Of a stretch of DNA of 53,583 nt, positions 36,417-47,640 are shown in pieces (position 1 is the first letter of the stretch; every line of letters begins with the position of its first letter). This stretch comes from Psammoneis japonica (Eukaryota), in NCBI GenBank assembly GCA_008632985.1, contig QPGO01000326.1, positions 1-53,583 on the forward strand, read 5' to 3'. The notes under the pieces are model-generated. The model did not search any database and was not told where the DNA came from. It worked only from the letters and a program-made list of their open reading frames with translations. Position numbers and translations under genes: made by a program.

Positions 36417-39400
36417 TCAACAGTGGTGTCCCATCATGCGTCGAGCGCAGCGAGCGTGTGGCACCCAGCCAAGGGCCTTGGCAAGGTCATCGCTGGGGTT
36501 GATGATGCCAGGAACATGTCTTGTGACAATCTTGCCCGCTTCCTTCCATTTTTGGATCGCAAAAAACTGGATCTCAACATGACGGGATCGCTCAGTCGGG
36601 ATCGAGTGATTGATGATCTTGATCGCCGATTCGTTGTCAATGTGCGACGGGGTTGCCTTCGTCTGAGGGAAGCCTGGATCATGTGGGATGTGATGAAGGC
36701 AAAGGACATGCTTGGCAGCAGTGCCAGCAGCACAGAATTCAGCTTCCGTAGAACTCGCAGCAGTCACCGATTGGGTCTTGCATCAAAAGGATGTGGCAGC
36801 ACCGGCTAACATGCAAGCATGGCCGGTCGCAGAGCGACGGTTGCGGAGGTCATTGCCATGTGCAGCATCCAAAAAAGCAAACAAGTTGATGATCATGTTC
36901 CCGGGAAAGGGAACGAAGGTGGTGTCGGGTCTGGAGTGAGACGTTCGAAGGGGCAGGCGGGCAGTCTTGAGTCTCGGGCAGGCTTCTTGCAATTCAATTC
37001 CCAATGCTTGGTGCGTCGAAGGTGCTTGCATGCGCCCTTGAGTGCATCACAGTGAACCAAAGCAGGACAGGCAGAGAACTTGGAGAGAGCAGTGACAGCA
37101 CAGCCAACATCCAATCAACAGACAACGTGCGCACGCAACAATTCACCAAGGAGAGTGCGGCACCCAAAGCCAGCAGCCTGTTGCAACTCCGCATGTTCCG
37201 AGGTTCCTTCAGCTGGACCAACAGCAGTGTGCAGTTCACAAACAGAGTCAACTGGAATTGGCGCAGCCTTGCAGTCATTGACGAGTTCTTCGTCTGTCGG
37301 TGTCGACCATCCATGCGAAGTACAAACCCGATCAACATGGCTGTGAACAGCAATGCCAATAGAATCATCATGTTGATGGATGTCCACACCGTTGAATTCT
37401 TCAATCATGCCAAGATGCTTGAAAGGCAGAGAAGCTTCCGATTCCAATTGAAGAGCTTCACCAATCTTGTCATGTGTCTTGATCGCAAGGGACTCTTCAG
37501 GACACGCAAGGGAGAAGTCATCAACCTGGCAGAGGAGTGAGATCTTGTGTCCCTCAAAAGCAGCGGAACAGATGCATTTGTCATGAGCAGCATTGCAAAA
37601 AAGTAGATTCACATCAGACAAAATGCTGTTGATGTGCGTCTCCCAGAGCACGCCGGCTTCTGGGTGTCCTTGAAGTGCATGTTGCATTGGAAGCACCATG
37701 GTCCTGTCCAAATCAATGCCAAACCGAGCCTTGCACCAAGTGGCATGTGCTTCATTGACAGCAACATGGACGGGGTGTGATGGTCGCGGGGAGTGTGCGT
37801 GTGCATCACGAGCGTCACCACCAAATGCAGGGTAGCTCACAGTCGCAGCAAGAGCAAAAAACATGCGTTGGATGGGTTGTTCCACACAAGAGGAGCAGGT
37901 CGAGTGAAGATGGTGGAGAATCGACGCAGCATGTGGGGATCCATCACAGCATTGTCGAGATCATCGCGTGCCATCATGCTTGAGATCACATTGCCAATGT
38001 GGACGAAGAACTGTGGCATCCTTTGGACGTTTAATGGTGCACCAAACATCCCCAACTCATGAAATTGGTCGAGTTGTTTGAATTCACCCGCATGCCATTC
38101 GGGCCAGGTGTCCAATTTCTTGAGACGATGGCGAGTGAAAGCACCTGACGCTTGTTCCTCCAGGGCAATCGCATGAGAAGAAATGGTGCAAATGTTGACC
38201 ACACCATTGTCGCAGTCGACATAAATTGGCGGAGGGACGTCATCATCGTCCACATCAGAAAAATCAATGTCAGGGTGACGGATGGCAGCAATGGCATGCA
38301 TGTCAGCAGTGGCAATTTCCGGGACATGCTCATCATCAGGGTCAGGAGTCGGTGCATGGATGTTGTGTTCCATCAGGGCACATTGGAGAGCCTGGGAGTC
38401 CAGTCGACGTTCCGGCATGAATTCGATTTCAAAGTGAGTCTTGCCTGAATCACAGACTTGTTGAAAACGTTTGACAGCCTCCTCTGCCGTGAAGACAGGA
38501 TGATCATCGATCACACGACATGCGCAACCTTGATCTTGTTGTGGGTGGCCTTCAAAGAAGAGAAAAGACGCACAGCAGGAGAACCACGCTTGACATCAGA
38601 GACAAATGCTCACCGACAGAGATCGTCCGTAGCCAAGGAAAGTCCAAACGTTGGATCAGCAAATGGTCCCTTCATCGCACGCTTGATGGTCTTGGCAAAA
38701 GGATTCCCATGAAAGTGAAACTCATCCATCGTGGATTCTTCAGTTTCGGCAGGCAAAGCCTTGCCATCTTGAGTGCGTTCCAAGTGAACCACATTCGGTG
38801 GAAGAGAGTCGTGGGGTGGATCATTCATGCCCTCATCACAACGGATGTGCTTGGCAAGCTTGATGCGCGATGTCTCAGTGTCATGCCAAAGGATGTTCTT
38901 GGCAGTGTCCGGAAGATGGCCTGAGAACATTCCCTTGCGAGAGACAGACCAAAATTTTGCTGGGCGGTGATTCGACGCACGCACCCACACTCGACAACCA
39001 AACGTACGAAAGTTCTTGAAATCACCCTTCCAACCAGCAGCGAGAGCAATCGGAGCAGCAGGTTGTCTGCGGGATGGCATGGCATTGTTGATTCAAATGA
39101 AATGATGAAAAGCACAGGGCCAGAATTTCATGGGCAAATCGGCGCCGATTGGCATCACCCGGATGGCATTGGCAACAGTCAAATGACTGCGTTCCACTGG
39201 GCCACTCTGATTTGAAGCATCTTTTCCCGCAGGACGAATTGTCATCCTCAAAGAGTTGCCGAACTTCTGGGTTTTGATGCAATTCACCCCCTTGATCCAC
39301 AAATGCATGTTCATCTGGACATTTTGGCGAGTGCTCTTCCAGAAAGTGGCGAAACCAATTCAGAGGGGTTGCCTTGGAGACCCGGGTCGCACCATGGAGA

Positions 39401-40800
39401 CGCTTCATTTTATGATCGTAGACAGTGATCCAACAAGTCTCGCCATTCAACCCAACATGGTCTTTGGTGCACTCCGAGTTCTTGGACCGCAGGCCAGAGA
39501 AAGAAAAATCAACCGTGAGGCCTTGGTGTGTTTGGGTGGCAGTAAGAGTGGTGTTCGGACCGGCAGGTTCCTTCGTCTGCTTTGCTCGCACACATGTGGG
39601 ACAAGTGTCGAGGGGAGAAGTTCCGTGGGCAAACTTGGGGACGCCATCAACATGTTCATGGGCATGACAAAGGCAGTGATCACTCGGATGACCAAGTTGC
39701 TGATGCCACAAAAGGCGTTCCATGTCGGCCTTGAGAGATTGCACAGGAACATTCTTCTCTGCATGCTTTTCAAAAGGGACATCCTGATGGACACGGGGGA
39801 TCAACTTGCGTTCAGCACGAAGAGCATCATGTTGGTGAGCATGATGCATTTCAATCATGTGCGCAGAAACCGCTTCACACTCATCGGCAAAGGAAGGGTC
39901 GCTGGTCTTGAGGTGCTCAACAGATGCATCCAATTCATTGGCAGATTCTGGGAGGATGAGAGGGTGAGCAGGACATTTGCCATTGAACAATTTCCCATGG
40001 ACAATGATGTCCTGATTCTTGCACAATCGATGTCGTGCAACAAACTTGCAGGTGCCGAGATCATGGAACTTGAGGATACAGTCAACATTGCAATCTGCAC
40101 GACAAGAACCATTTTGACGAAGGAGGAGTCGCCCATCGACCAACGTAGATTGGATCTGTGGGTGGCAGTGTGCACGGACCTCAACACAGCCGTCAGAGTT
40201 CTCTGCAGGGATGCGAAGACAGCCGAATCCAACTGGGACAGCTTGGTGGCCAAGGGCCAGATTGACGGCAAGGGGACAGGGATGGGATGGAGTGAAGTCT
40301 TGGTGTCGATGGAGGAGGTCACGGTTGCCTGTGCACGCAATGTCAGCACCAGCATCCAACTGAGCACAACGTTCATTCGGAGCAAAATTTACCCCATTGA
40401 CAGAACAAGTGGAGCGCAGCAGTTCCGGCTCAGGTGAGTGACTCGCTTGGCATGGATCGATCGGAGCAACACAGACAGAATTGACGGCAGCAAAACCGTC
40501 TTCAACAGCCATGTCATCACAGGTGAGATCAACACATTCCTCAAAATCCGGTGTTTCTGGGTCTTCCCTCCCCTGTTCCAAAGGATCCGGAGCATGAGCA
40601 GCATTGACGGTGGCTTCTTGAGGAGCAGGATCATCATCGGGTGACGTGCTGGCATCAAATGATGTCTTCGTGGAGGTGGAAGGGGTGGCATCCACATCAA
40701 TCTGTGAGGAAAGAGGCATTTCAGCGGCAGATGACGAGACGGTTAGTCCCTCTTTCAAGGTCATCCCGCTGACATCAGTCTTGTCTCGGTGAGGAGACAA
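36417..40800 (-). pseudogene. Copia pol (protease, integrase, RT, RNase H)
   Basis: AQLDAGAD; LWHQQLGHP..CPTC; DQGGEL, GPVERSH, FWPCAF, RTFGCRVWV; LQGHPEAG, QVDDF; SSTEAEF, IDNESA, RSRHVEI, NPSDDLAK; frameshifts and stops present. Confidence 0.93.
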
Positions 40801-42790
40801 CGGGCAGCATCGGAGATCCGAAACCAGCTGCGATGGCCCGATTGAAAATCCGAGGGTGGAGTGCTAGATGGAGGTGGATTTTCAGGATTGTCATGATGGG
40901 GTGGGAGTGACCCTTGGGGTCCTTGGAACTCAGAAGCATGCACAGCTGCTTCCCGTTTTAAGAATTGACAAAAATGGATGTGGAATCCCTTGATGTGCGG
41001 GTTGTTCTTCAGGACTGGACAGTCATCAAATGAATGCTCTCCAGAGCAGACAAGACATGGTTTCTTGGAGGCTTCATGCAGAGCAACTTTCAGTTTGCAG
41101 ACTGAAGCCGAACATGCATGGTGAAGAATGCGATCTTCATCCGTAGATGGGATCTCGAGTTCATGCAATTCGTCGCAAAGAGTGTCAAAGGCATCCGGAG
41201 GTGGAGACTCTGTGCCAGGATCTTCAGTGGCAGAGGCATCAACTGGTTCTTGAAGGGGCATCTCAGGGATCTGGAGAGAATTGACATTGACAGGTGTGCA
41301 TCGCGCAGCAGCATCTGCTCGATTCCATGTGCGGCATGGGTTGGATTCATCGCACGAGTGGCAAGGGATGGACTGTCCGGTTGGCGGAGGAAATCAGAGA
41401 GAGTCTCGACAATCTGTGCATCCGTGTGCTTCTTCTGCACAGCTGGAGACTTCCGTTCATCTCTGGCAGCACGTGATGAGAACTTGGAGCACTTGGCATT
41501 CTTGACAAAGACAGTCATCTCTCGTGGATCGTTCAATGTAGAGTCCGCATCAAACATGTGGGCACGTAGCTGGAGGAAATCATTGAAGATCATGTGGCAG
41601 TCCGTCAATGATTGATTGCCTTGGACAGGATGGGAATCAACAAGTCCAGCAGCATCGTGATCAAAGGCAGGATGATTCTCACAGAAAATCTGCTTGAGGG
41701 CCTTGCATCCGTTGCTGCAGCATGATGCAACAATCCGATGACATTTGCCATTCTTGGGAAACATGTCCGACTTGGAAAGGATTTTGTGGAGAGAGCTCTG
41801 AGCTTCCTTGCAGTGGACGTACATGCGTTGTGGCAAGTCATCATCCTTGCTGTTTCCGATCTCAAAACCCTTCTCACCACTGTGGTCCTTGGCAAAACAC
41901 CACAGGGGATGCATGTGGCAACCTGAATCAAAGGCATGACGTTGGAAATTTTGGCACCATGCTCGTGTCCCAGGGGAAGAGTCGTCACGACATGCAGGAG
42001 GTTCCCTGAACAACATTTTCTGGTCAGGAGTCGAGCGCATGATGAAAAGGGCACCATCATCAAGGATGACACGATCGGATGCATCAACACAGTGACGGAA
42101 TCCATGGTCGTGAGGGACGAGAGAGCTCTGAAGAGTGACTTTTCCATCTTCTTTGCGGTCGTAGCATGCACAAACATCTGGAGGAAGTGTGTTTGGATTG
42201 AAGAGATGTTTTGACGTTGCGGAGGATGCAGTGCTTCCAGATGTCTCAGCAGAAGCTGTAGAAGGCAGAGCATGACTCGATGCGCATGCATTGAGTGCAT
42301 TGACCAAGTCAGTCACAGTCAATGCAGCAGGTCCTGCAGTTTTCTGAGAAGAAGACGGAGGCTGCTGTTTCTTCTGGCAGGGTGCAAGAGAGAACTTGTT
42401 CCAATTGCGACAGTTCCATGTCATGTCCGGATCAACACATGTGTGTTGGGTGGAGATGAGAACAATCAAAGATTGCTCATTGTTCAGGAGATTTGTCTTG
42501 ATCAGCTTTGACAAGACTGGAGTCGTCAAACAGACTGGACGAATTCTTTGAGAGTCAACAAGTCGGAATGGGGCTTGATCCACAATCGTCTTGATTGATT
42601 GCATGTCTGCAGGATCAGCGGTGTAGGGTGGAAACGCTTCGTGGATGAAGCAATCACGAAGTGTGTCCGTGAAATCTTTCTTGGGTTGCGCATGCTCTGG
42701 GTCGTCAAAAAACGGGTCCAGATCAGTTGTGGAGTCCGCATGAATCGCGTTCAGGCAATTGTGCAGATGTGGTGTCGTTGCATGTGCCTT
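40761..42790 (-). pseudogene. Copia gag
   Basis: Long ORF 41090-42604 upstream of pol; zinc knuckle CLVCSGEHSFDDC near 41020-41060. Confidence 0.75.
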
Positions 42791-43040
42791 GATTCACAGC
42801 AGATCTCTGCAATGGACGACAGAGCGGGCTTTGTGGTGTCGGAAGACGCCATGGTTTTAGTGGGTGGAGCCATTTTTGGTCATGCACGCGTGGAAATCTG
42901 GTGTGTTTCTACGACCGTGAAAAATGCCGGGAAAGTGAGATAAAAAGTTGTCTGATCAGACAATGAGGCTCGCTCGATCGGCTCACAAAACAAATGGGTC
43001 GAAGCAGAAAGCTTGGCGCAGAGGTCTGTGGCACAGCGCA

Positions 43041-43051
43041 TGGCCACAACC
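43041..43051 (-). promoter_or_regulatory. Primer-binding site (mutated)
   Basis: GGTTGTGGCCA directly after the 5' LTR; resembles the GGTTATG.. half-tRNAiMet PBS of Copia with TA->TG. Confidence 0.6.
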
Positions 43052-43247
43052 TGACAGAATGCCGAAGGTCGACAATGACAGAGGTGTGAAAGACTCCCCA
43101 AAGTGCCAGGACTGTGACAACATGAGTGCCAGCAGATGAGAAAGTGAGAAGCAGATCTCAGAGAGATCTGCTCATCTGTCCAAATGGTCCAGCCATCATC
43201 CGCATCCAGTCTGTCCATCACACGACATGTGGATGAGCAGGCTGACA
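43052..43247 (-). repeat. 5' LTR
   Basis: Pairs with 36048-36243. Confidence 0.96.
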
Positions 43248-43509
43248 GACCTTGAAATGTCTTGGAATGCTTTTGCGGGTGAGGAAGATTGACTCCAACT
43301 CTCTAGCTGGCTTTGTTCATGGTGTGTCTTTGTTGCCATCTGGGCAGCACACAAGCCACAAGTGGGCTGTGCGAGGGGTGCAACAACAACAACAACAACA
43401 ACAGGTGAAAGAGCGCACAAGGCGGCGACCACACGGTTTGCCATCTTTGAGCTAAAATGCATGCACTGCTGCATGTGATGCATGCTGTGGGGAGGAATGT
43501 CAACACTGT

Positions 43510-44790
43510 TCAAAACCTCACAGCTTGGCCAGTCAGTGGCATTTCTTCCAGCAGCACTTGTCTCCAAGCATGCTCCTCAGGGCAGGCACCCAATTCCACA
43601 TCACATTCAAGTGCCAATGCTGCGGCTGTTTGCACAAGTGTGTGCCGCCACGACACCCCAACTCATTTCTCCCTCTTGATTTTTAAACAATTCCTCTTGA
43701 AACTCTGCAACCTGTTGTGAGTGTGAGGCATTGTTGTTGTTGTTGTTGTTTGCTGATGCTTTTTCAAGAATGGCAGATGTGGCTGGGAGCGCTTGCTTTT
43801 TCTTTTGCCCGTCCTCATTTGCTTTTGTCTTGGTGTTTCAGCGATTCTTTGACAAGTGAAGGAGCATTTGAGGTTGGAGTTGAAACTCAAATTTACAATG
43901 CACTCCACAATGGGGACAGGATGGAATGATGGTTGGATGACTGTGGATGCAATCCAAAGCAGACCCATGCCATTGTTGCTGTCACAGTCATTTTTGTTTT
44001 CATCCGGCCACTGACAGCACCACAAACACTGCTCCTGTGCACATTCTCGGGATGTCCAATTCAAGCACAAAATTCCAATGTGATGGGATCCTTGGCTCCA
44101 ACACTGGTGCTTCCCGTCATTTGGTTTAAATCATCTTGATTCAAATCAAAATCATCATTGTCAAATGGAGTTTTGCGCTCCTTTTCATTTTCAAATGACG
44201 GTGGTTCCTCTTCCACAACCAATTCATGCTTGGCAAAGATGGATGGCAAAAATGCATCATCTGCAGTTGATTGAAACACGTGTTTCTTGTGTTTGACTTG
44301 ATGTTTGCATCCACAAAACGAAACTCCCTGCAGGGGACATTTTCCCTTGCCACTTTGTCCACATGCTTGACAAAGCGAAAGGTTCCAACAGGACGGTGTG
44401 TGATTTTTCCAATCATCACTCAACAACAAGTCATCCTGGCTGCAGGGACAGAACTCATTTTCTTGCGGCAGTTGTGTTTGCAACACTTGAATCATTGCAT
44501 GGCACCCAAAGATGCGCAGGGTCCGATGAAAGGCATGAAGAGCCGGAGTGCACAATTGACAAAGAAATTTCAAAGGACCATTGCACACAGGACAAGTTGC
44601 CCAATTGATGCTTGGAAGGTCCAGTGGATTCAACCACAATGGTTTGATGCCCATGTGACTGCTGTCCCAATGGTCCACCAATTGGGCTCTCTTGCGAAAC
44701 TCTGTCATTGTCATGAGTTGGCTCTGCAAACCCCAGCTGAGCGCCTTGAAAACAACTGTCATCAGCAGCACTGCTGTCATCAATGGACAT
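43510..44790 (-). pseudogene. PDCD2: PDCD2 (programmed cell death 2/TSR4-like) pseudogene
   Basis: QLGFAEP; KPLWLNP..CPVC..PLKFLCQL..AFHRTLRIFGC; QLPQEN; MYND-like CQACG..FCGCKHQ; CPHCG..KFEFQLQPQML; WGVVAAHTC; EEHAWRQ; frameshifts and stops; 3' end approximate. Confidence 0.85.
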
Positions 44791-45174
44791 TTTTCTCCAC
44801 GTGTCTTCCCTCTGTTGTTGTCATTCTTGTTGCTGTTGTACCTGCCAAAAAGTTGTGAAAGAACAAAAGCTTAAAGCTGTGATGAGATCGCGACTTTTTT
44901 GTGAGGTGATTTGACACAAACTCATAACCCAACAGACACGCCCTCACAGACAGACAACAGAAGAATTCGACAATACAATGTCATACAAATTGTTTCATCA
45001 AAATGACAGGTCATTACGTCTCGCGGTAACAAAGTCATTGTATGATATGACTTTTACAAATTAATTATGCCCTGGAACCATCTTCTAGAACCTGCAGACA
45101 TTCCACGACCACTTTGTTGAACAAATCATCACAAAATCGCCCTCACAATTTGTGCAGTCGACGCCTGAATCACC

Positions 45175-45471
45175 ATGAAGACCTCTGTCTATTCTCTCTT
45201 TTTGCTCCTCCTTGCGGTATTTGCTGTCTCTTCTACGCATGCCCTCAAGCAGGAGAACAGAGGCTTGAGGCGAGGCGATGGGGACGGACGCCGCGAGAGG
45301 AAGCGTGAAGAACGCAAGGGCGCCAGGGAAGGAATGACCAGGGAAGAACGCAAAGGCGTCAGGGAAGGAGTGACGAGGGCAGAACGCTTGGCGGCTCGGG
45401 CGGCGAAAAAGGCGGCGCGTGCTGCGAAAAAGGCTGCACGGGCTGCCAAGAGGAAGCAAACGGCGCCCTAG
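45175..45471 (+). CDS. Small secreted Lys/Arg/Ala-rich protein, paralogue 1
   Basis: Signal peptide MKTSVYSLFLLLLAVFAVSSTHA, RGL motif, AARAAKK repeats. Confidence 0.85.
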   Translation: MKTSVYSLFLLLLAVFAVSSTHALKQENRGLRRGDGDGRRERKREERKGAREGMTREERKGVREGVTRAERLAARAAKKAARAAKKAARAAKRKQTAP

Positions 45472-45514
45472 AGATACTTCAAGTCGTTTTGTGGTTGAAA
45501 CATTGCCAAGAAGG

Positions 45515-46050
45515 AAAAATCATGGGTTGCAAGGACAAGAGCGACGAGAAAAGGTTATTTAGAAAGATTGTGACTGTAACTTTAGAGAGACTGCGATTTA
45601 CAATACTTCATTGTGCACTCCGTTGAAAAGATCATAGCTACTCTACGTGCTGCCGATCGTTTGCTATTTGTTGCAAGTGGATGTAAAGATCCACCACATG
45701 GCAACAAGTGTTTTTCGATTCAAAGAGACCAACGTACTTCATGGGACTGCTTCAATGACTACCCATAGGGCAAGAATCGAACGAAAAAGTGAGCATCGAC
45801 GGGACGTTTACACATCTACTTACAACACTGCGAAACTAGAAATGCCATGGGTTGTAAGGACAAGAAAAACGAGTGATTGTTCTTTGTTGTTGACTTGGGA
45901 TAGCTTGAACGTACAGTCCCGTTGAAAGGATGAAAGCTACTTTACTGAGGCTCATTCGCTCTTTGATTTGAGTGGATAATAGAATTCCAAGATATTCATG
46001 AAAAAGTGAGCATCGACAGGATGAAGACACACCCACTCCTACAGACACTC
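45515..46050 (+). repeat. Diverged tandem duplication of the downstream non-coding segment
   Basis: CATGGGTTG(C/T)AAGGACAAGA, CGTTGAAA.GAT.A.AGCTACT and AAAAAGTGAGCATCGAC each occur twice in the same order. Confidence 0.7.
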
Positions 46051-46254
46051 TCAAAGGACTCTACCCTGCCATTTCGTGATGAAGAAGAAGCCGGAAATGT
46101 CTTTTTGATGAAACAATTAGAGGTCTACTGCCAAAAATATCTTCCGAACCCATCGACATTTTCGTTGATGCCGACACGTGACTGACGGTGCGCCACTCGA
46201 CACAAACTCACAATTTCGAATTTCCAACAGTCGTTACACCGTGATACCGTCATC

Positions 46255-46571
46255 ATGAAGACCTCTGTATATTCTCTCCTTTTGATTTTCCTTGCACTTT
46301 TTGCGGCTTCTTCTACTCATGCCCTCGAGGACAACGGATCGAGGCTCATGGCGGATGCTGCTTATTCCAGAGCCGAAAAGATGGCAGAGCGCAAAGAAGG
46401 CCGCATTCGGGGAGGAATGAGGAAGGATGCACGCAAAAAGGCAATTGCTGCAAGAAAAGCTGCTCGAGCCGCACGAAGGCTGCAAGAAAGGCTGCACGGG
46501 CTGCCAAGAGAGCCGAGAAAAAGGGAAAAATGGAAAAGACCCCAGGTGATAAAGGAGAGGAACAGCCATGA
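46255..46571 (+). CDS. Small secreted Lys/Arg/Ala-rich protein, paralogue 2
   Basis: Homologous signal peptide; restoring one A near 46476 gives KAARKAARAAKRAEKK...GEEQP-stop, matching paralogue 3. Confidence 0.78.
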
Positions 46572-47292
46572 GAAGAGTGTCTGAACCAGAACGAGTCGAT
46601 CACTGTAGTGCGAGTCGCTGCCATTATGCTGGGTTTCATATTTGAAGAAGGAAAATTGAGTTACAAAGGAAAGGGCGACTGGGTTGATTCTTTCACGACG
46701 GTAACTTTATAATGAGCGACTGTTGATCTATTCTTTGGTCTTCTGTCCTCGAAAATAATAAACTTAGATGAAACCTGGAAAGGTTGCACTTTGGTTCAAA
46801 CGACTAGGGCCCTACCGAAATCAACCATGCAGCCAAACTAAGGACGTCGAGGTCGCGAGGTCGTGAAATGAGTGGTCATGAGGTTTCATCTGCTTCTCTT
46901 CTTGTTTCTGCTCCCTTTTTTAGAAGTGCCAGAAGCAGGAAAGAAAGGGTTCAAAAGATTTTTCTCTGCAATGCGTGGAGCGGCATTCGCCAATGAAATC
47001 ACGCTTCCAACGTGAAATGAAACTCGACAAAAGGTTTCAAAAGTCACATTCGCTGCATGGATGACTACTGCGGTACGTAGAATACTACATTGGTCGTTGT
47101 GTCTTGTGGCATTCACAGGTCATGACGAGAAGTGACTTTTCTGCAACAATTAACGGCGCACTTCGTTCGGAAGCACCTTCCAGAACCGTGGTGAAATTCT
47201 GAGATTCGACCAACTCACTTTTTCGTTCTCACAATTTCGATTTCCATCCAGTCGTTTCTTCATTACTGCTCTACCGCATTTGTAACATCACC

Positions 47293-47640
47293 ATGAAGAC
47301 CTCCATCTACTTTCTTCTTTGCCTCTTCCTTGCTCTGTTTGCAGTTTCTTCGACGCAAGCCCTTGAGGAGAGCGGAGCAAAACACTTGGATCGTGCCGCA
47401 AAGAGGGTGGAACGTGCCGAACGCAAACAAGGCGTCAGGGGAGGAATGACGATGGAAGAACGCAAAGCGAAACTAGCCTCCAGAAAGGCTGCACGGGCTG
47501 CCAAAAAGGCTGCAAGAAAGGCAGCTAGGAAAGCAAGTAGAAAGGCTGCACGAGCTGCCGAGAGAGCCGCGAAGAAGGCTGAGAAAAAGGCAGCCAGGAA
47601 GGATGCCCGCAAGGAAGGCGAAGAAGAATACCCTTTATGA
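47293..47640 (+). CDS. Small secreted Lys/Arg/Ala-rich protein, paralogue 3
   Basis: MKTSIYFLLCLFLALFAVSSTQA followed by many KAAR/KAAK repeats. Confidence 0.85.
   Translation: MKTSIYFLLCLFLALFAVSSTQALEESGAKHLDRAAKRVERAERKQGVRGGMTMEERKAKLASRKAARAAKKAARKAARKASRKAARAAERAAKKAEKKAARKDARKEGEEEYPL

Larger units (their letters stand above)
36048..43247 (-). mobile_element. Full-length Ty1/Copia LTR retrotransposon (CoDi-like), hypermutated
   Basis: Two 196-bp TG..CA LTRs, 5-bp TSD GACCT (36043-36047, 43248-43252), gag-PR-IN-RT-RH order on the minus strand, PBS and PPT present. Confidence 0.96.

Noticed and set aside
36048..43247. ADAR-type RNA editing before reverse transcription
   Set aside because: Changes occur on both strands, differ between the two LTRs, and also affect a DNA transposon and host-gene sequence.
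32300..44900. Classical fungal RIP or CpG methylation decay as the full explanation
   Set aside because: RIP creates TpA, and CpG decay gives only C->T/G->A; neither yields Tyr->His/Cys or TA loss.
45175..45471. Oomycete-type RXLR-EER effector (RGLR...REER)
   Set aside because: The motif is not conserved in the two paralogues and arises easily in Arg/Glu-rich sequence; diatom RXL processing is more parsimonious.
11579..46571. Frameshifts in the P4H, FAD oxidoreductase, large unknown, PRDX6 and secreted paralogue 2 genes as programmed frameshifting or pseudogenisation
   Set aside because: Those I could resolve are single-base losses in short runs within otherwise conserved genes, typical of long-read consensus error.
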